A stretch of DNA of 64,000 nucleotides from Rebecca billardiae RCC1528 (lineage: Eukaryota > Protista > Haptophyta). The translations under genes and the position numbers were made by a program. The notes beneath the pieces are model-generated. The model saw nothing but the letters and a program-made list of their open reading frames with translations. It was not told the origin of the DNA and did no database searches. Below, in pieces: positions 1 through 11,475 of this stretch. How positions within the stretch are numbered: position 1 is the first letter of the stretch; each line of letters opens with the position of its first letter. The DNA lies in NCBI GenBank assembly GCA_965240325.2, contig OZ251229.1, positions 372,001-436,000 of the forward strand, in the 5' to 3' direction.

Positions 1-1940
1 AGAGAGCGGGACGGCGCACCTGATGGTCCCGCTGTGCTTTCTCCCCCCTTGATTGCCCTTGGCATCAAGGAGAGTCCGGCAAATGGAATCCGGGGACGCT
101 CCTCACTCGCGGGGGGGGCCTGTTGACGGCCGCGCCGAGCACCCGAGCGTCTCGACCCGCGCCTCGTCTGTACACGCGCATTTGGCGGGGCGCGCGCGGA
201 GCGCGCCGCGAGTGGGCGCGTCGGCCCGTACGCTTGGAGCCCTCTTTCGGAAAATTCCGAGCGCGCCGCGGCGCGCCCGTCGCGCCGCGCTGCGGCGTGC
301 ACCGTGCACGCGTTCGCTTCGGCTCGGGTGCCGAGCGCCGCCGACGAGCGGGAAGAGCGCCAGGGGCGGGTGCGCTGGCGCGGGCGGGGTGTGGAGGCAC
401 GATGTGGGAGTCTACCTCTCGTACCGGGCGCGCGCGCCCGCTCGGCGCCGTCGCTTCGCGCGGCCGTAGGCGTCTAAGCGTCGATGGTTGGCCTCGAGAA
501 CCGCTAGAAGGGGGGCCGCCTGCCGCAAGCGACGCGGGTAACGATTGACGAGACCGAGCACGCATCTGACGAGACCGAATACGCACCAGGCGGCACCGCG
601 CAACGGCCCGGCGCATGGAGGCTCCGGTGACCAGGCTTGGCCAGCGCCGCCCGCCGCGCGCTGCACATTAGGCGGGGCGCGCGCGCGGAGTCCGCCGCGC
701 GTGGGGGCCTCAGGCCCTCGGGAGAAGCAAGCGCGGCATCGCCGCGCCGCGCCCGCGCCACGGCATACGTCCAACGACCCAGGTGCGACCGCGCAGGCGC
801 TGCGCGCTATGGCACTGGGGCGGATGGTCATGGTGCGCGCCGCGCGCGCGGGGGCTGAATGTGGAGGCGGGCGGTGGTTGCCCGGCTCGCTCGCCGCGCG
901 CGCGCGTCGCCCTGCGTTACGCTCTGAACTCTTTGTGCGCGCGCATTGCGGATGCTGCACGAGTAAGCCATGGTGCTTAGTGGTCTTGGTCCACTGTCTC
1001 GCCGCGCCAGCACGTTGCGGCTGCAGCAGCCGCAGCTCACTGGACCATTGATGCCAGGTGTCAAATCTGAATCGGCAGGGAAGCGGAAGGAGCGCGCCAC
1101 CTTAACTTGCGGCTCGTGCTGGAGGCGACCTGGTCGGACGCACTACCACCCGTCCCAGAAAGCCCGTGAGCCCGTCTTCGGCTCAGCGGGCTCATGACCG
1201 TCCATGGACGGTCATGAGCTCAGTGACTATGAAATGGGCTGGTAACGAATAGCTGCGGGTATTTTTCAATACCAGGGAGCCTTGATGTCGGGGGCTGGGA
1301 CGGGTGGTGTACAGACGCCCGTGCGGCCGTGAGGGGCGCTGGTACTGGTAGGTCAGCGCGGTGGCAGGTGCCGTGACCACTGAGTCACAGGTCTGGCCAG
1401 GCCTCAGCGCCGCACGATGACCCCGGCTGGTCGTCACGCATGGGCACATCGTCAGTCTCCTCATCAGATGCCCGGTTGCTAAGTTGGTCACCGGCCTTTT
1501 GTCATTCAGACAGAGTAGTAGCCGCAGTCACGTTGAACGTGGGTTGATGATCAGAGGGCGGAATTCGTTTGCGTAGCACGGCCGGGGCCGCGGATCTTTT
1601 TCCTCGAGTTTTTTTTCTGATCATGAGACGAAAATGGAAATCGCCCGGGCCAGTGCAGCATGCAAAAGTGTGCCGACTGCAGCGGCAAGGGCGTCGGCGC
1701 CAGCGCAGTCGGCGCCATCGCTCATGGCAAAGCACCAAGCACGTCGTGCAGAGTAGCCGAGGTCTTCGAGGGCTTGGCACAGCTCTGCCCGCCCCCGCGC
1801 CCTGGGAGCGGGGTGCCGTCGCGAGGTGCGTGGCGCGCCCGCTGCCGGCGAAGCACGGGCGCCCGCGCGCACCCTCCGAGCGGCAGCTGCATTCAGGCTG
1901 CCGCGGCCCCGCGCGCCCGCGCAGGCCCGAGCGCGCAACG

Positions 1941-2661
1941 ATGGACTCGCACGGCGCGGCAGGTGCAAGCAGCCCAGGTGCGATGGAGCGACGGCTCGCG
2001 CGGTCGGGCGCTCGGGTGTAGCGTGCGTCTCGCCTGCCCATGCTGCCCTGTGCACGCCGAACCCGCCCCGCCCCCCAGCCAGTCCACGCAGCGCGCGGCG
2101 CGGCGCGCAGGCGCGGCGCGGCGCTGGGCCGTGCGGGCGCGCGCGCCGCGTGGCCCGAGCATGCGCGCGCACGCGGGCCGGCTGCGTGCTCGGGGTCCGC
2201 GCCTCACGCGCCGCGCCGCGTCCGCCCGCCGCGCCACCTGCCGTGTGCACCCGACAACGCCGCGCAGGCCAGCCTGCCCCGCTCGGCATGCCGGCTGCGC
2301 CCGGCTGCGCTGCAGACGGGGCGTGCGCGCACCCAGCCCTGCCGGCGCAGCAGGTCGCACAGGCGCCGCCTGCGGCGCCACACGGCGCGGGCATGGCCCA
2401 GCAGCACGCGCAGCCGCAGCTGCCGCCGCAGCACGCGCACCCTACCTGCCCCGTGCCCGCGCACACGGCCGGTGCCAGCACGCCCCGCGACGCGCAGCAG
2501 CAGCAGCCCGCGCAAGCGCCGTGCGGCGGCGCCGGGGCGGCCGGCGCCGAGGCGCAGCTCCGCGGTGGCGGGTCGTACGCGGCGGCGCAGGGGCTGCCGT
2601 CGCACATGCCGTCGCAGTACGGCCTCACCTCCGCGCAGGCACAGGCGCTCCTGCGCACCGT

Positions 2662-2703
<42 letters not shown>

Positions 2704-4568
2704 GCAGCAGCCGCAACAGCAGCCGCAGCAGCCGCAGCAGCAGCCGCAGCAGTGGCACGCGGCGCATGTCTCGGCGCACCAGCCGGGCGCCCAGGGCGCG
2801 GGGCAGCATGGCGGCGTGCCGCACGGCGCCATGCAGACCCATGCCATGCACATGCCGCCACCGGGCGCGCACGGCGCACAACCCCCGCGCAGCGCTGCAG
2901 CCTCGGGCGGTGGGCCGTCCGGGCAGCCGCCGGGCGCGGCCCCTCAGCTGGCTGCGCCGCTGCACCGCCGCTTCCAGCCGGCGCAGCCGCAGGAGCCGTG
3001 GCAGCAGCCGCAGCAGCAGCCGCCGCAGCAGTGGCAGCAGTGGCAGCAGCAGCAGCAGCCGCCGCCGCAGCAGTGGCAGCAGCAGCAGTGGCAGCAGTGG
3101 CAGCAGCAGCCACCGACGCAGCAGCAGCCGCCGCAGCAGTGGCAGCAGCAGCCGCCGATGGCGCAGTGGCAGCAGCAGCCACCACCGCAGCAGCAGCCGC
3201 AGCAGCCGTGGCAGCAGCCGCAGCAGCAGCCACCGCCGCAGCAGTGGCAGCCGCAGCAGCAGCAGCAGCAGCCGCAGCAGCCGCAGCAGCCGCAGCAGCC
3301 GCAGCAGCCGCAGCAGCCGCAGCAGCCGCCGCAGCAGCAGCCGCAGCAGCAGCCGCAGCAGCAGCAGTGGCAGCAGCAGCCGCAGCAGCAGCCGCAGCAG
3401 CAGCCGCAGCAGCAGCCTCACCAAGCACAGCCGATGCCGCCGTCGCAGGGGCCTCAGCCCGGCCTGGCCACGGGCGCGCCCGTCCACGCCCAGGCGGCGG
3501 CCGCGCCGCCCGCGCTCGCGCGCCCCCCTCCGCCCGGCGCGGCCGCCGGGCAGCCAGTGGCCGGTCAGCAGCCTCTGGGGCAGCCCGTGGGCGCGGTGGT
3601 GGCGGGCGTGGCGCACCCCGGGGTGGGCGCGCGCGCGCAGGCGCGCGGCATGCCGCCCGGCCCCGCGCACCCGAGCGCGCCCGCCGCGCCCGCCTCCGCC
3701 GCGCCCGGCGGCGCGTGCGGCAGCCGCCCCCCGGCGCACCCGTCTGCCCCGGGCGGAGGGCCGGCTGCGCCCAAGCGGCCGCGCAAGAAGGCGCGCGCGC
3801 ACTCGCCGGGCGGCGCCGAGCGCGCGGGCGCGGGCGCAAACGGCGGCGCCGAGCGCGCGGGCGCCGGCGGCTCGCCCTCGAACGACTCGTCCCCGCACGG
3901 CGGCGGGTGCGCCGGCGGCCTTCCCTCGGCGCGCGCCCCGTCCGAGCCGCGCGTGCTCAGCGTGTTCGGTATGCAGCTGCTGCTGCCGCCGCCGTTTGCG
4001 CAGCTGGACTGGAGGCAGCCGGCGCTGGGGAAGGCGGAGCTGCGGATCCGGCGCGCGCGGGAGGCGCGGTACCGCCAGCGCCTGCTCGGCGCCGGCCGCG
4101 CCGCCGACGGCGCCGACGCGCCGCCCCTCGATCTCGCGGGGCGACTCGAGCTGCCGCTCGCGCGCAGCGGCGCCGCGGCCGCCTCCTCCTCCGCCGCGGA
4201 CGCGCTCGGCCTCGGCCCGGGGCTGGCGCGCGCGGACTCGCTGGGCGAGCTGGGGAGCGGCTCGGCGGCGGACGCGCTCGGCGCCGCGGCGAGCGCCCTC
4301 GGCCCGGGCGCGGAGGAGGAGCTCCAGCGCCGCCGCATCTGGGCCGGCCTCGCGCGGCGCGAGCTGCCGCGCGCGTGCCGCGCGCAGCAGCAGGCGCTGC
4401 GTGACGTTCTGCACAACGCGAGGCGCGTGGCGCAGGCGTGCCAGTCCAAGCTGCGGCTGCGCGTGAAGGAGACGTCGCGCCGCGCGGTGCAGGCGACGGG
4501 GCGCGCGAAGCGCGTCGCGCGCGAGGTGCTGCAGGGCGCGTCCGCCACCGCCGCCAGCGCCAAGCCGA

Positions 4569-4611
<43 letters not shown>

Positions 4612-6742
4612 GCCCAAGCGCGCGCCGCCGCAGCCGCGCGACGCGTGCCCTTACGAGGCCTTCTTCTTCTTCTCGCAGGAGCGCGAGCGGCGGCGCGCGG
4701 AGGACGAGGCGACGGAGCGGGCGCGCGGCGCGGCCGCGCTGCAGACCACGCTGCTCGCCGTCGAGCTCGTCGCGCACGCCGCGCTCGCGCGCGCGGAGGC
4801 GACGGCGGCGCGGCCGCGCGACGCGGCGGCGGCGGCGCGGCCCGCGGCGCCAGGCGGCGAGGGCGCGGCGGCGGCGGCGGCGGACGACGACGATCCGCTC
4901 GCGCCGATGCGCGTGGCATCGTTCGCGCTCAGCGCCAACGCGCCCACCCTCGCCTCCGAGCTCGCCGCCCTCGCCGCCTCCGCCGACGACGGCGCGCGCG
5001 ACATTGCGGCCGACGCGACGCGCGTCGCGCGCGCGGCCGTGCTCGCGTCGCTGCGCGCGCGCGCTCAGTACGAGGAGCTGACGGGCGCGCTGGCGCAGGG
5101 CGCGGGCGTGGGCGCGGCGCCGCGCGCGGCGCGGGTGGACGCGCACGCGCGCGCCGCGCTCGACGCCGCGCTCGCCGAGCCGCGCGGCTTCGAGCGCCTC
5201 GGCGCGCTGAGCGCGGGCCGCGCCGATCCGCACGGCCGCGGGCTGCGCGCGGCTGAGATGTTTGTGCGCTGCCCGCTGCGCCCCTTCGAGCGGGCGGGCG
5301 TGCGCTGGCTGCTGCACATGTGGGACGCGGCCGTGCCGTGCGCGATCGCCGACGAGGTCGGCGTGGACGAGCAGCTTGTCGCCTTCCTCTGCGCGCTCCG
5401 CCTCGGCGGCGCCGCGGCGGGCGGCGAGGGCGCGGCGGGCGGCGGCGGCGGCGGCGCGGCGGGCGGCGGCGGCGCGGGCGCGGCGGCGCGCGCGCGCGCG
5501 CCCGCCGCCGCGCCGCTCGCCACCGGGCCGGCGCTGCTCGTCGTGCCGAGCGAGCGGCTGCGCGCGTGGCGGCACCGCCTGCGCCAGCTCTGCCCCGCGC
5601 TGCGCGTCGTCTCGTACGCCGGCGACGCGCACGCGCGCGCGGCCGCGCGGCACCGCGGCTGCGTGCGGCCGAGCGCGCTCGGCTGCGCGCCGCTGCTCGG
5701 CGCGCGCCCGCCGATGCACGTGCTGCTGGCGGACTACGCGTCGTACGCGCTGGACGAGGCGCAGCTGGCGCACGTGGCGTGGTCGGTGCTCGTGTGCGAG
5801 GCCGCGCACGAGCAGCCCACGCGGCTGCGCGCGCCCGTGCTGCGCGCCCCCTGCGCGCGGCGCGTGCTTGTGCCGCGCGCGCCGCCGAGCGCGCAGCCGC
5901 AGCTGAGCGCGGCGCGGCTGCTGTGTCTCGCGCAGGCGGTGGCGTGGGTGTCGGACGGCGGCGCGCTGCCGCCGAGCGCGGGGCTGAGCGCGGCGGACCG
6001 GCTGCGGCTGGTGCGCTGCATCGCGCCCTTCGTGCTCTCGCGCTCCGCCGCCGAGCTCGCCCCGCAGCTCGCCACGCTGCCGCTGCTGCGGCTGCAAGCG
6101 CGGCCGTGCGCGGTGCAGGCCGCCGCGTGCGATGCGGCGCGGCGCGCGGCGCGCGCCGCGGCGGCGCGGCGCGGCGCGCACGGCGCGGCGGCGGCGCACG
6201 ACGCGCTGGCGGCGGTGTGCGTGCACGCCGAGCTCGGCGCGGTGACGAGCGTGCGCGGCCGCGCGGGCGCGGCCGCGCGCGCCGAGCCCGGCGCGCCGCT
6301 CGCGCTCCCGCCAGCGAGCTCGCTCGCGCGCGCCGAGCCGTGGCGCGCGCGCGCGGGCGCGCCGCCGTGGCTGGCGCGCGCGGCGGCGAGCGGCGCGCTC
6401 GGCGTCGCGGTGGACGCGCACGTGGGCGCGCCGCCGGCGGCCGCGCTCGACGACGCGGCCACGCTCACGCGCGCGCTCGGCGCCGCGCTGCGCCTCTGCG
6501 GCGGCACGCCGCTCGACGACGTGTGCGGCGCCGCGCGCGCGCGCGCCGCGCTGCGCGGCGGCCTGTGTGTGTGGCGCGCGGCGCACGTGTCGCAAGCGGG
6601 CGCGGGCGAGCTGCGCCGCGTGCTGCCGACGGTGGCGGCGGGGCAGGGCGGCGCGGCGGCGGGCGGCACGCGCGGCGCGCTCGCCGCCGCCTCAGCCGCC
6701 GCCGCGCCCGCCGCCGCCGCCGCCGATGCCGCCGCCGCCACT

Positions 6743-6789
<47 letters not shown>

Positions 6790-7043
6790 GCGGCGCGGCG
6801 CGTTCGCGTGGGCTCGGCTGATCGGGCTGTCCGCGTCGGAGGTGTGCGTGCGCGCGACGGCGTCGGCGGCGCTCGGCGCGATGCTCTCGATCGTGCACGA
6901 GAAGCGCCTGCCGCCGCCGCCGCCGCTCGCCGGGCGCGACGACGACGACGGCGCCGGCGCGGCGGCGGCCGACGCGCGCGCGCGCGCCGGCGCGGCGGAC
7001 GGCGGCGGCGCCGGCCGGGCGGCGCGCGCGCGCGGCGCGCTCA

Positions 7044-7076
<33 letters not shown>

Positions 7077-9090
7077 ACGCGGCGGCGGCGCGGCTGCTCG
7101 CGCGCGCGGCGCAGGGCGCGCGGCTGTGCATCCTCCGCGCGCACGCGCCCCCTCGCCTGCCGCACCTCGCGCCCCTGCTCTCGGGGTCCGCGCCGCGTCT
7201 GCTCAGCAGCGGCCGCGGCTGCGCGTGGGAAGGCGTGTGGCCGGTGGGCGCGGACGCGGCCGCGCTCGGCGAGGCGCTCGGCGCGTGCGCGGCGGTGCGC
7301 GCGCACCTGGGCGTGCCGCCGGCGCGCGCGCTCGCGCGCGCGCCGCTCGTCGACGAGCGCCTCATGCGGCAGCTCGGCGGCCGCGCGCGAGGCGCGGCCG
7401 CGGCCGAGGCGGCGGGCGCGGCCGCGGCCGCCGCGGCCGCGCCCGCCGCGGCCGCGCTCGGCCGCGGCGCGCCAGGCGTGCCGCCCACGCGCGCGACGCT
7501 GCTGCTGGCGACGGCGCGCGCGCTGGGCGAGGCGGAGGCGGCGGCGGCCGCCGAGTCGAGCGCCGCGCGCGCGCCGCCCTCCGCGTGCCGCAGGGTCGCG
7601 CCGCGCGACGGCGGCTGCGGCTGGGCGGTGGCGGCTGCAAGCGCGCTCGCGCCGCCGCGCCCGGTGGCGCCGGCCGCGCGGCCGGCGCGCGCCGAGGCGC
7701 GCGCGGCGATGCGCACGCTGCTCGCGCCGCCGTCGCACGCGCACGCGCTGCACACGCCGGCGGTCGGCGCGCTGCTCAGCCGCGGCGCCAAGCTGCGCGC
7801 CCTCGAGCAGCTGCTGCGCCGTACGCTGCAGGTGGGCCGCGCCGCCGCGCGCACGCACGGCGCGCACACACCGCGCGCGCGCGCGCCCTCCGCCCGCGCG
7901 GCCGTGTGCAGTGCGCTGCCGCTGCGCTGCCGCTGCGCTGGCGCTGTGGCGCTGTGGCGCGTGGGACTGGCTGCGGCGCACCCGACCCCCGACCCGCGCG
8001 CCGCCATCGCGCGAGCGCACGCGCCCTCCCGACTGCCGCCACCTCACGGCCGCCCGCGCCGCCGCCCGCGCCGCCGCCCGCGCCGCCGCCCGCGCCGCCG
8101 CCCGCGCCGCCGCCCGCGCCGCCGCCCGCGCCGCCGCCGCCGTGTCGTTTGCGCGCGCGCCCCCTCACGCCGCGGCGTGCGCGGCGTGCGCAGCCGACGC
8201 GCTCCCACGTGGTGATCTGCTGCTCGAGCGACGCGTGCGCGGACGCCGTGGCGTGCGTCCTCCGCCATTGCTCCCTCCCCCACGTGCCCCTGACGCTGCC
8301 CACACACACGCCCCCGGCGGCGGCCTCGGCGCAGCCGGCGGCGGCAGCGGCGCGCGGCCAGGGCGCTGCTGAGGAGGCGCAGCAGCGCGCCGCCGAGCAC
8401 GCGGATTCGGGCCGAGACTCGGGCCGAGACGGGGCGGACGCCGAGGCCGAGGCTACTGCGGCGATCGAGCTCTTCGCGCGTGCTGGGTGCGCGCCACGCG
8501 CGCGCGCGCGCGCTCGCTGGCCACGTGGCTGGCGCGCGCCCGCACCGCCGCGCGCGGCGCCAACTGGGTCGGGCCCGCGCCGATCGACGCGCGCGGCCCC
8601 CGGTCGCGCGCGCGGCCGCGGGCGCAGGGATCTGGACGCCGCGTGCGCGTGCGTGCTCCTCGCGCCCCCCGGCGCCGCCCTGCCGCCGCGCCTGCCCGGC
8701 GTGGACGCGCTGGTCTTCTTCGAGCTCCGGGCGGCGGTCGATGCGCCCGCGCGCGCCGCGTGGGTGAGCGCGCTGCTCGGCGACGAGGCGGAGCGACAAG
8801 CGGTGCGCGCGCGCGCGCGGCGCCGAGCTCGTGGCGCGAGCGCTCGTCGGCCCCTCCGCCCGCCCCGCCCCGCGCTGATCGACGCCCCCCTGCGCGCACC
8901 GTCGCCCGCGGCGCGCCCCGGGTCGTTGTGGGCGGTCGCGTGCGGCCGCGGCGTGTGTCGCCCACAGCCTCTGCTGTACCAGCTCGAGCTGGCGGGCACG
9001 ATCGACGAGCGGCTGGGCGCGCACCTCGCGGTGCATGCGGCCGGCGCGGCCGAGAGCCTCGTGTCACTTCTCGCCGACGAGCTCGCGTGA
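1941..9090 (+). CDS. INO80-like SNF2-family protein with polyQ N-terminus and DBINO-like domain; ATPase motifs degenerate. Predicted exons 1941-1977, 2268-7831, 8194-8486, 8628-8802, 8968-9090
   Basis: DBINO-like IWAGLARRELPR...NARRVAQAC...RAKRVAREVL. SNF2 scaffold in order: LRPFERAGVRWL, GPALLVVP, PFVLSR, VCVHAEL, GAKLRALEQLL, VDALVFFE, LYQLELAGTIDERL. Four GT-AG introns join the ORF frames consistently. Confidence 0.75.
2662..3420 (+). repeat. (CAG)n-based polyQ / QQW / QP low-complexity coding tract
   Basis: Runs of cag with ccg/tgg interruptions, visible directly in the sequence. Confidence 0.95.
8051..8140. repeat. 15-bp tandem repeat (cgcccgcgccgccgc)x~6 inside predicted intron
   Basis: Direct tandem repetition. 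Confidence 0.85.
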
Positions 9091-9717
9091 GGATCCAAGG
9101 CTGCGTGCGACCTGAGCCGCCATCGTATTCGTGATGACTTGATAGTTGATGATGGGACATCGGAGTATTGCACCAAACAATCAAGGGATTGCACTGGTAT
9201 CGATCGGATGCACGGAAAGAACCCAGCACGCAATCTCATCAGCGCGAGGCCGGAGGCCCTGATGACTGGCTTAAAAACAGGCCCGCGCGCGACCGCGTGA
9301 CCAACCATATTGGTCAACCATACGGCGTCAGGTGCGCGAAGCGCGTCCATCTATCGGTGGTCGGTCGAAGCATTTCATCTGCTGTTAATAATCCCTCTCT
9401 CACGGAAGCATCGGGGAGATGGTACGGGGGTACCACGAAGTTGGCAATTTGACCGATCGATGACCAAATGCACCCTTTCACCTTTTTTGGGGGCATTTCG
9501 TCAGGAGGAGTGGGCTGCCCGACGATTGGCCCTTGGCCACTCAAGCCGCGGGAGCACCTTACCTGCACACTTAGGGCAACTCATCACATTGGCCCTAATC
9601 GAGCGCGGAGGGCACCCTAATGAAGGTCGCAAGAACCGCCATCCGACAGCAACCGCTCGGGGGCACTCGGCCCGCGAACTTCGCAGCCTGGGACCTCGCG
9701 TACGTAACTTCGCCCCG

Positions 9718-10219
9718 ATGACGGCCGACGACGTGAGCACATCGCGCGGTCTGAGCGTGAGCAAGCGGCGCATGTCGGGCGAGCTGCGTGAATCAGACGC
9801 GTGCAACGAGGTGCCAAGCCCTCGGCTCACTCTTGCGGAGGTGCGTGCCCTCCGCCCGCGCTGTGGATGCGCGCATGCGCGCGCGCACACCCGCGAGCGC
9901 ATGCCTCCGCCTCACCCCCCGACCCCCCGACCCCCCCGACGCGGCGCAGGCAAGCGAAACGAGCCTCGCCGAGCAGCACACACCCATCGCAAAGGTCGCG
10001 CGCGAACCGTGGACCAAGCCGCAGAGCAGGTCCGCCTGCCCGCCGCCCTCGCCGAGGCGGTCGACTGCGTACAGCCCATTCCGGCAGAGCAGCAGCCGGC
10101 AAGTGGCACCCGGCAGCCGACGCCGATTGTACGCCTTCGACGAGCTGGACGTCGAGACGGCAGCGCCGGCAACTACCTCGCCACCGACGCGGCAAAGCAC
10201 CGGCACCGTCTCCGAATGA
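9718..10219 (+). CDS. Small hypothetical protein (~130 aa), intron 9841-9949
   Basis: ATG at 9718, gag|gtgcgt donor and cgcag| acceptor give a continuous frame (MTADD...TLAE|ASETS...TVSE*). No recognisable domain. Confidence 0.4.
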
Positions 10220-11014
10220 GCACTCCTGTTGGCGCGGCGCTGGCGCCCCCCATGCCGGCGCCCGCCGACCGTCACTTCGTGTCTCCAATCCGCAGCCCCT
10301 TACCACGGCACCACTGGGCTCGACGCTCCACCTCAGCGCAAAAGTCACATCCCAAGGGGTTCTATTCACGAGGCACGGGCGAGCTACGCCGCATGTCGTA
10401 CCTGCCGTCCGGTTGGACCGGAGCAGTTTTGACGTGTGCCTAGTACGTGGAGGGCGCCGCCGAGCCGCCGGGGCCCCGGCGGCCGGCGGCCTCTGAGACG
10501 CCGACGGCCGCCTGTCGCTCACGCCCGGCGGCATGATCCGCGCAGCCGCGCGACTGCGGACTGGGTCGGGCGGCGCTCATCGCTATGTGTTGGTAGCCCC
10601 GCATGATCACTGACGAACATCGAGCAGGCCCTTGCCATGCCGATTCTGATTGTCATCTCGGATCAGATGACACGGCTCACGATCACGGCCGCCCGCATCC
10701 GCCAAGACCGATACTACAATTATGGGCGGTTCTGTGATTACGCCCGCGAACGCGATTCGCGAAGGCGCGATGAAGTCGAGGCAGTTACGGGTAAAGGCTG
10801 GCTAGACAATTAATCGTACCCGCTCGAATTCGACCGTGATTAATATTCGACCGCCTAGTATTAATCTTCGCCCGTGGGAATAATAATGGTCGACGCACAA
10901 CACACTTTTACCCAGGTGCATCTAATCTCCCGTAACGGTCGAGCACGGGAGCGGGTAGGTAAAAGGTAGGCGAGGGGTGCGGCGGAGTATGGTAAGGACA
11001 TCGCGGGCTCTGGC

Positions 11015-11475
11015 GCGCGAACGCTTTGTCACTACTGGCCGCCGAGCCGTAGATTGGCGCTCCGTGCACCAACAAAGACATCCCCAGCCGCATGTTGCCA
11101 CTCGACACCTCGTCTCGCCTCGCGCGGAGCCAACTTGTGGTGTGCGGGAGCCACCCGAAGCACAGGCTGTGCTGCGCGCGGCGCGTCGCGAGTCGCGAGT
11201 GCATCGGAGCACACAGCGATGCATGACGTGCCATGGGACAGACATGAGTATGTACTCAACGGATTGCGCGTGCGACGCCTTCGCGGTGCACTCCCGACTC
11301 GCGACACGCTGCGCGCTGCACAGCCTGTGCTTCGGGTGGCTCCCGCACACCACAAGTTGGCTCCGCGCGAAGCGAGACGAGGTGTCGAGTGGCAACATGC
11401 GGCTGGGGATGTCTTTGTTGGTGCACGGAGCGCCAATCTACGGCTCGGCGGCCAGTAGTGACAAAGCGTTCGCGC
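11015..11475. repeat. Long inverted repeat / fold-back element (~190-bp arms, ~80-bp loop)
   Basis: 11015-~11205 is the reverse complement of ~11285-11475 with few mismatches; near-identical ORFs are called on both strands. Confidence 0.92.

Noticed and set aside
1-1560. Protein-coding genes
   Set aside because: No recognisable domain or consistent exon chain.
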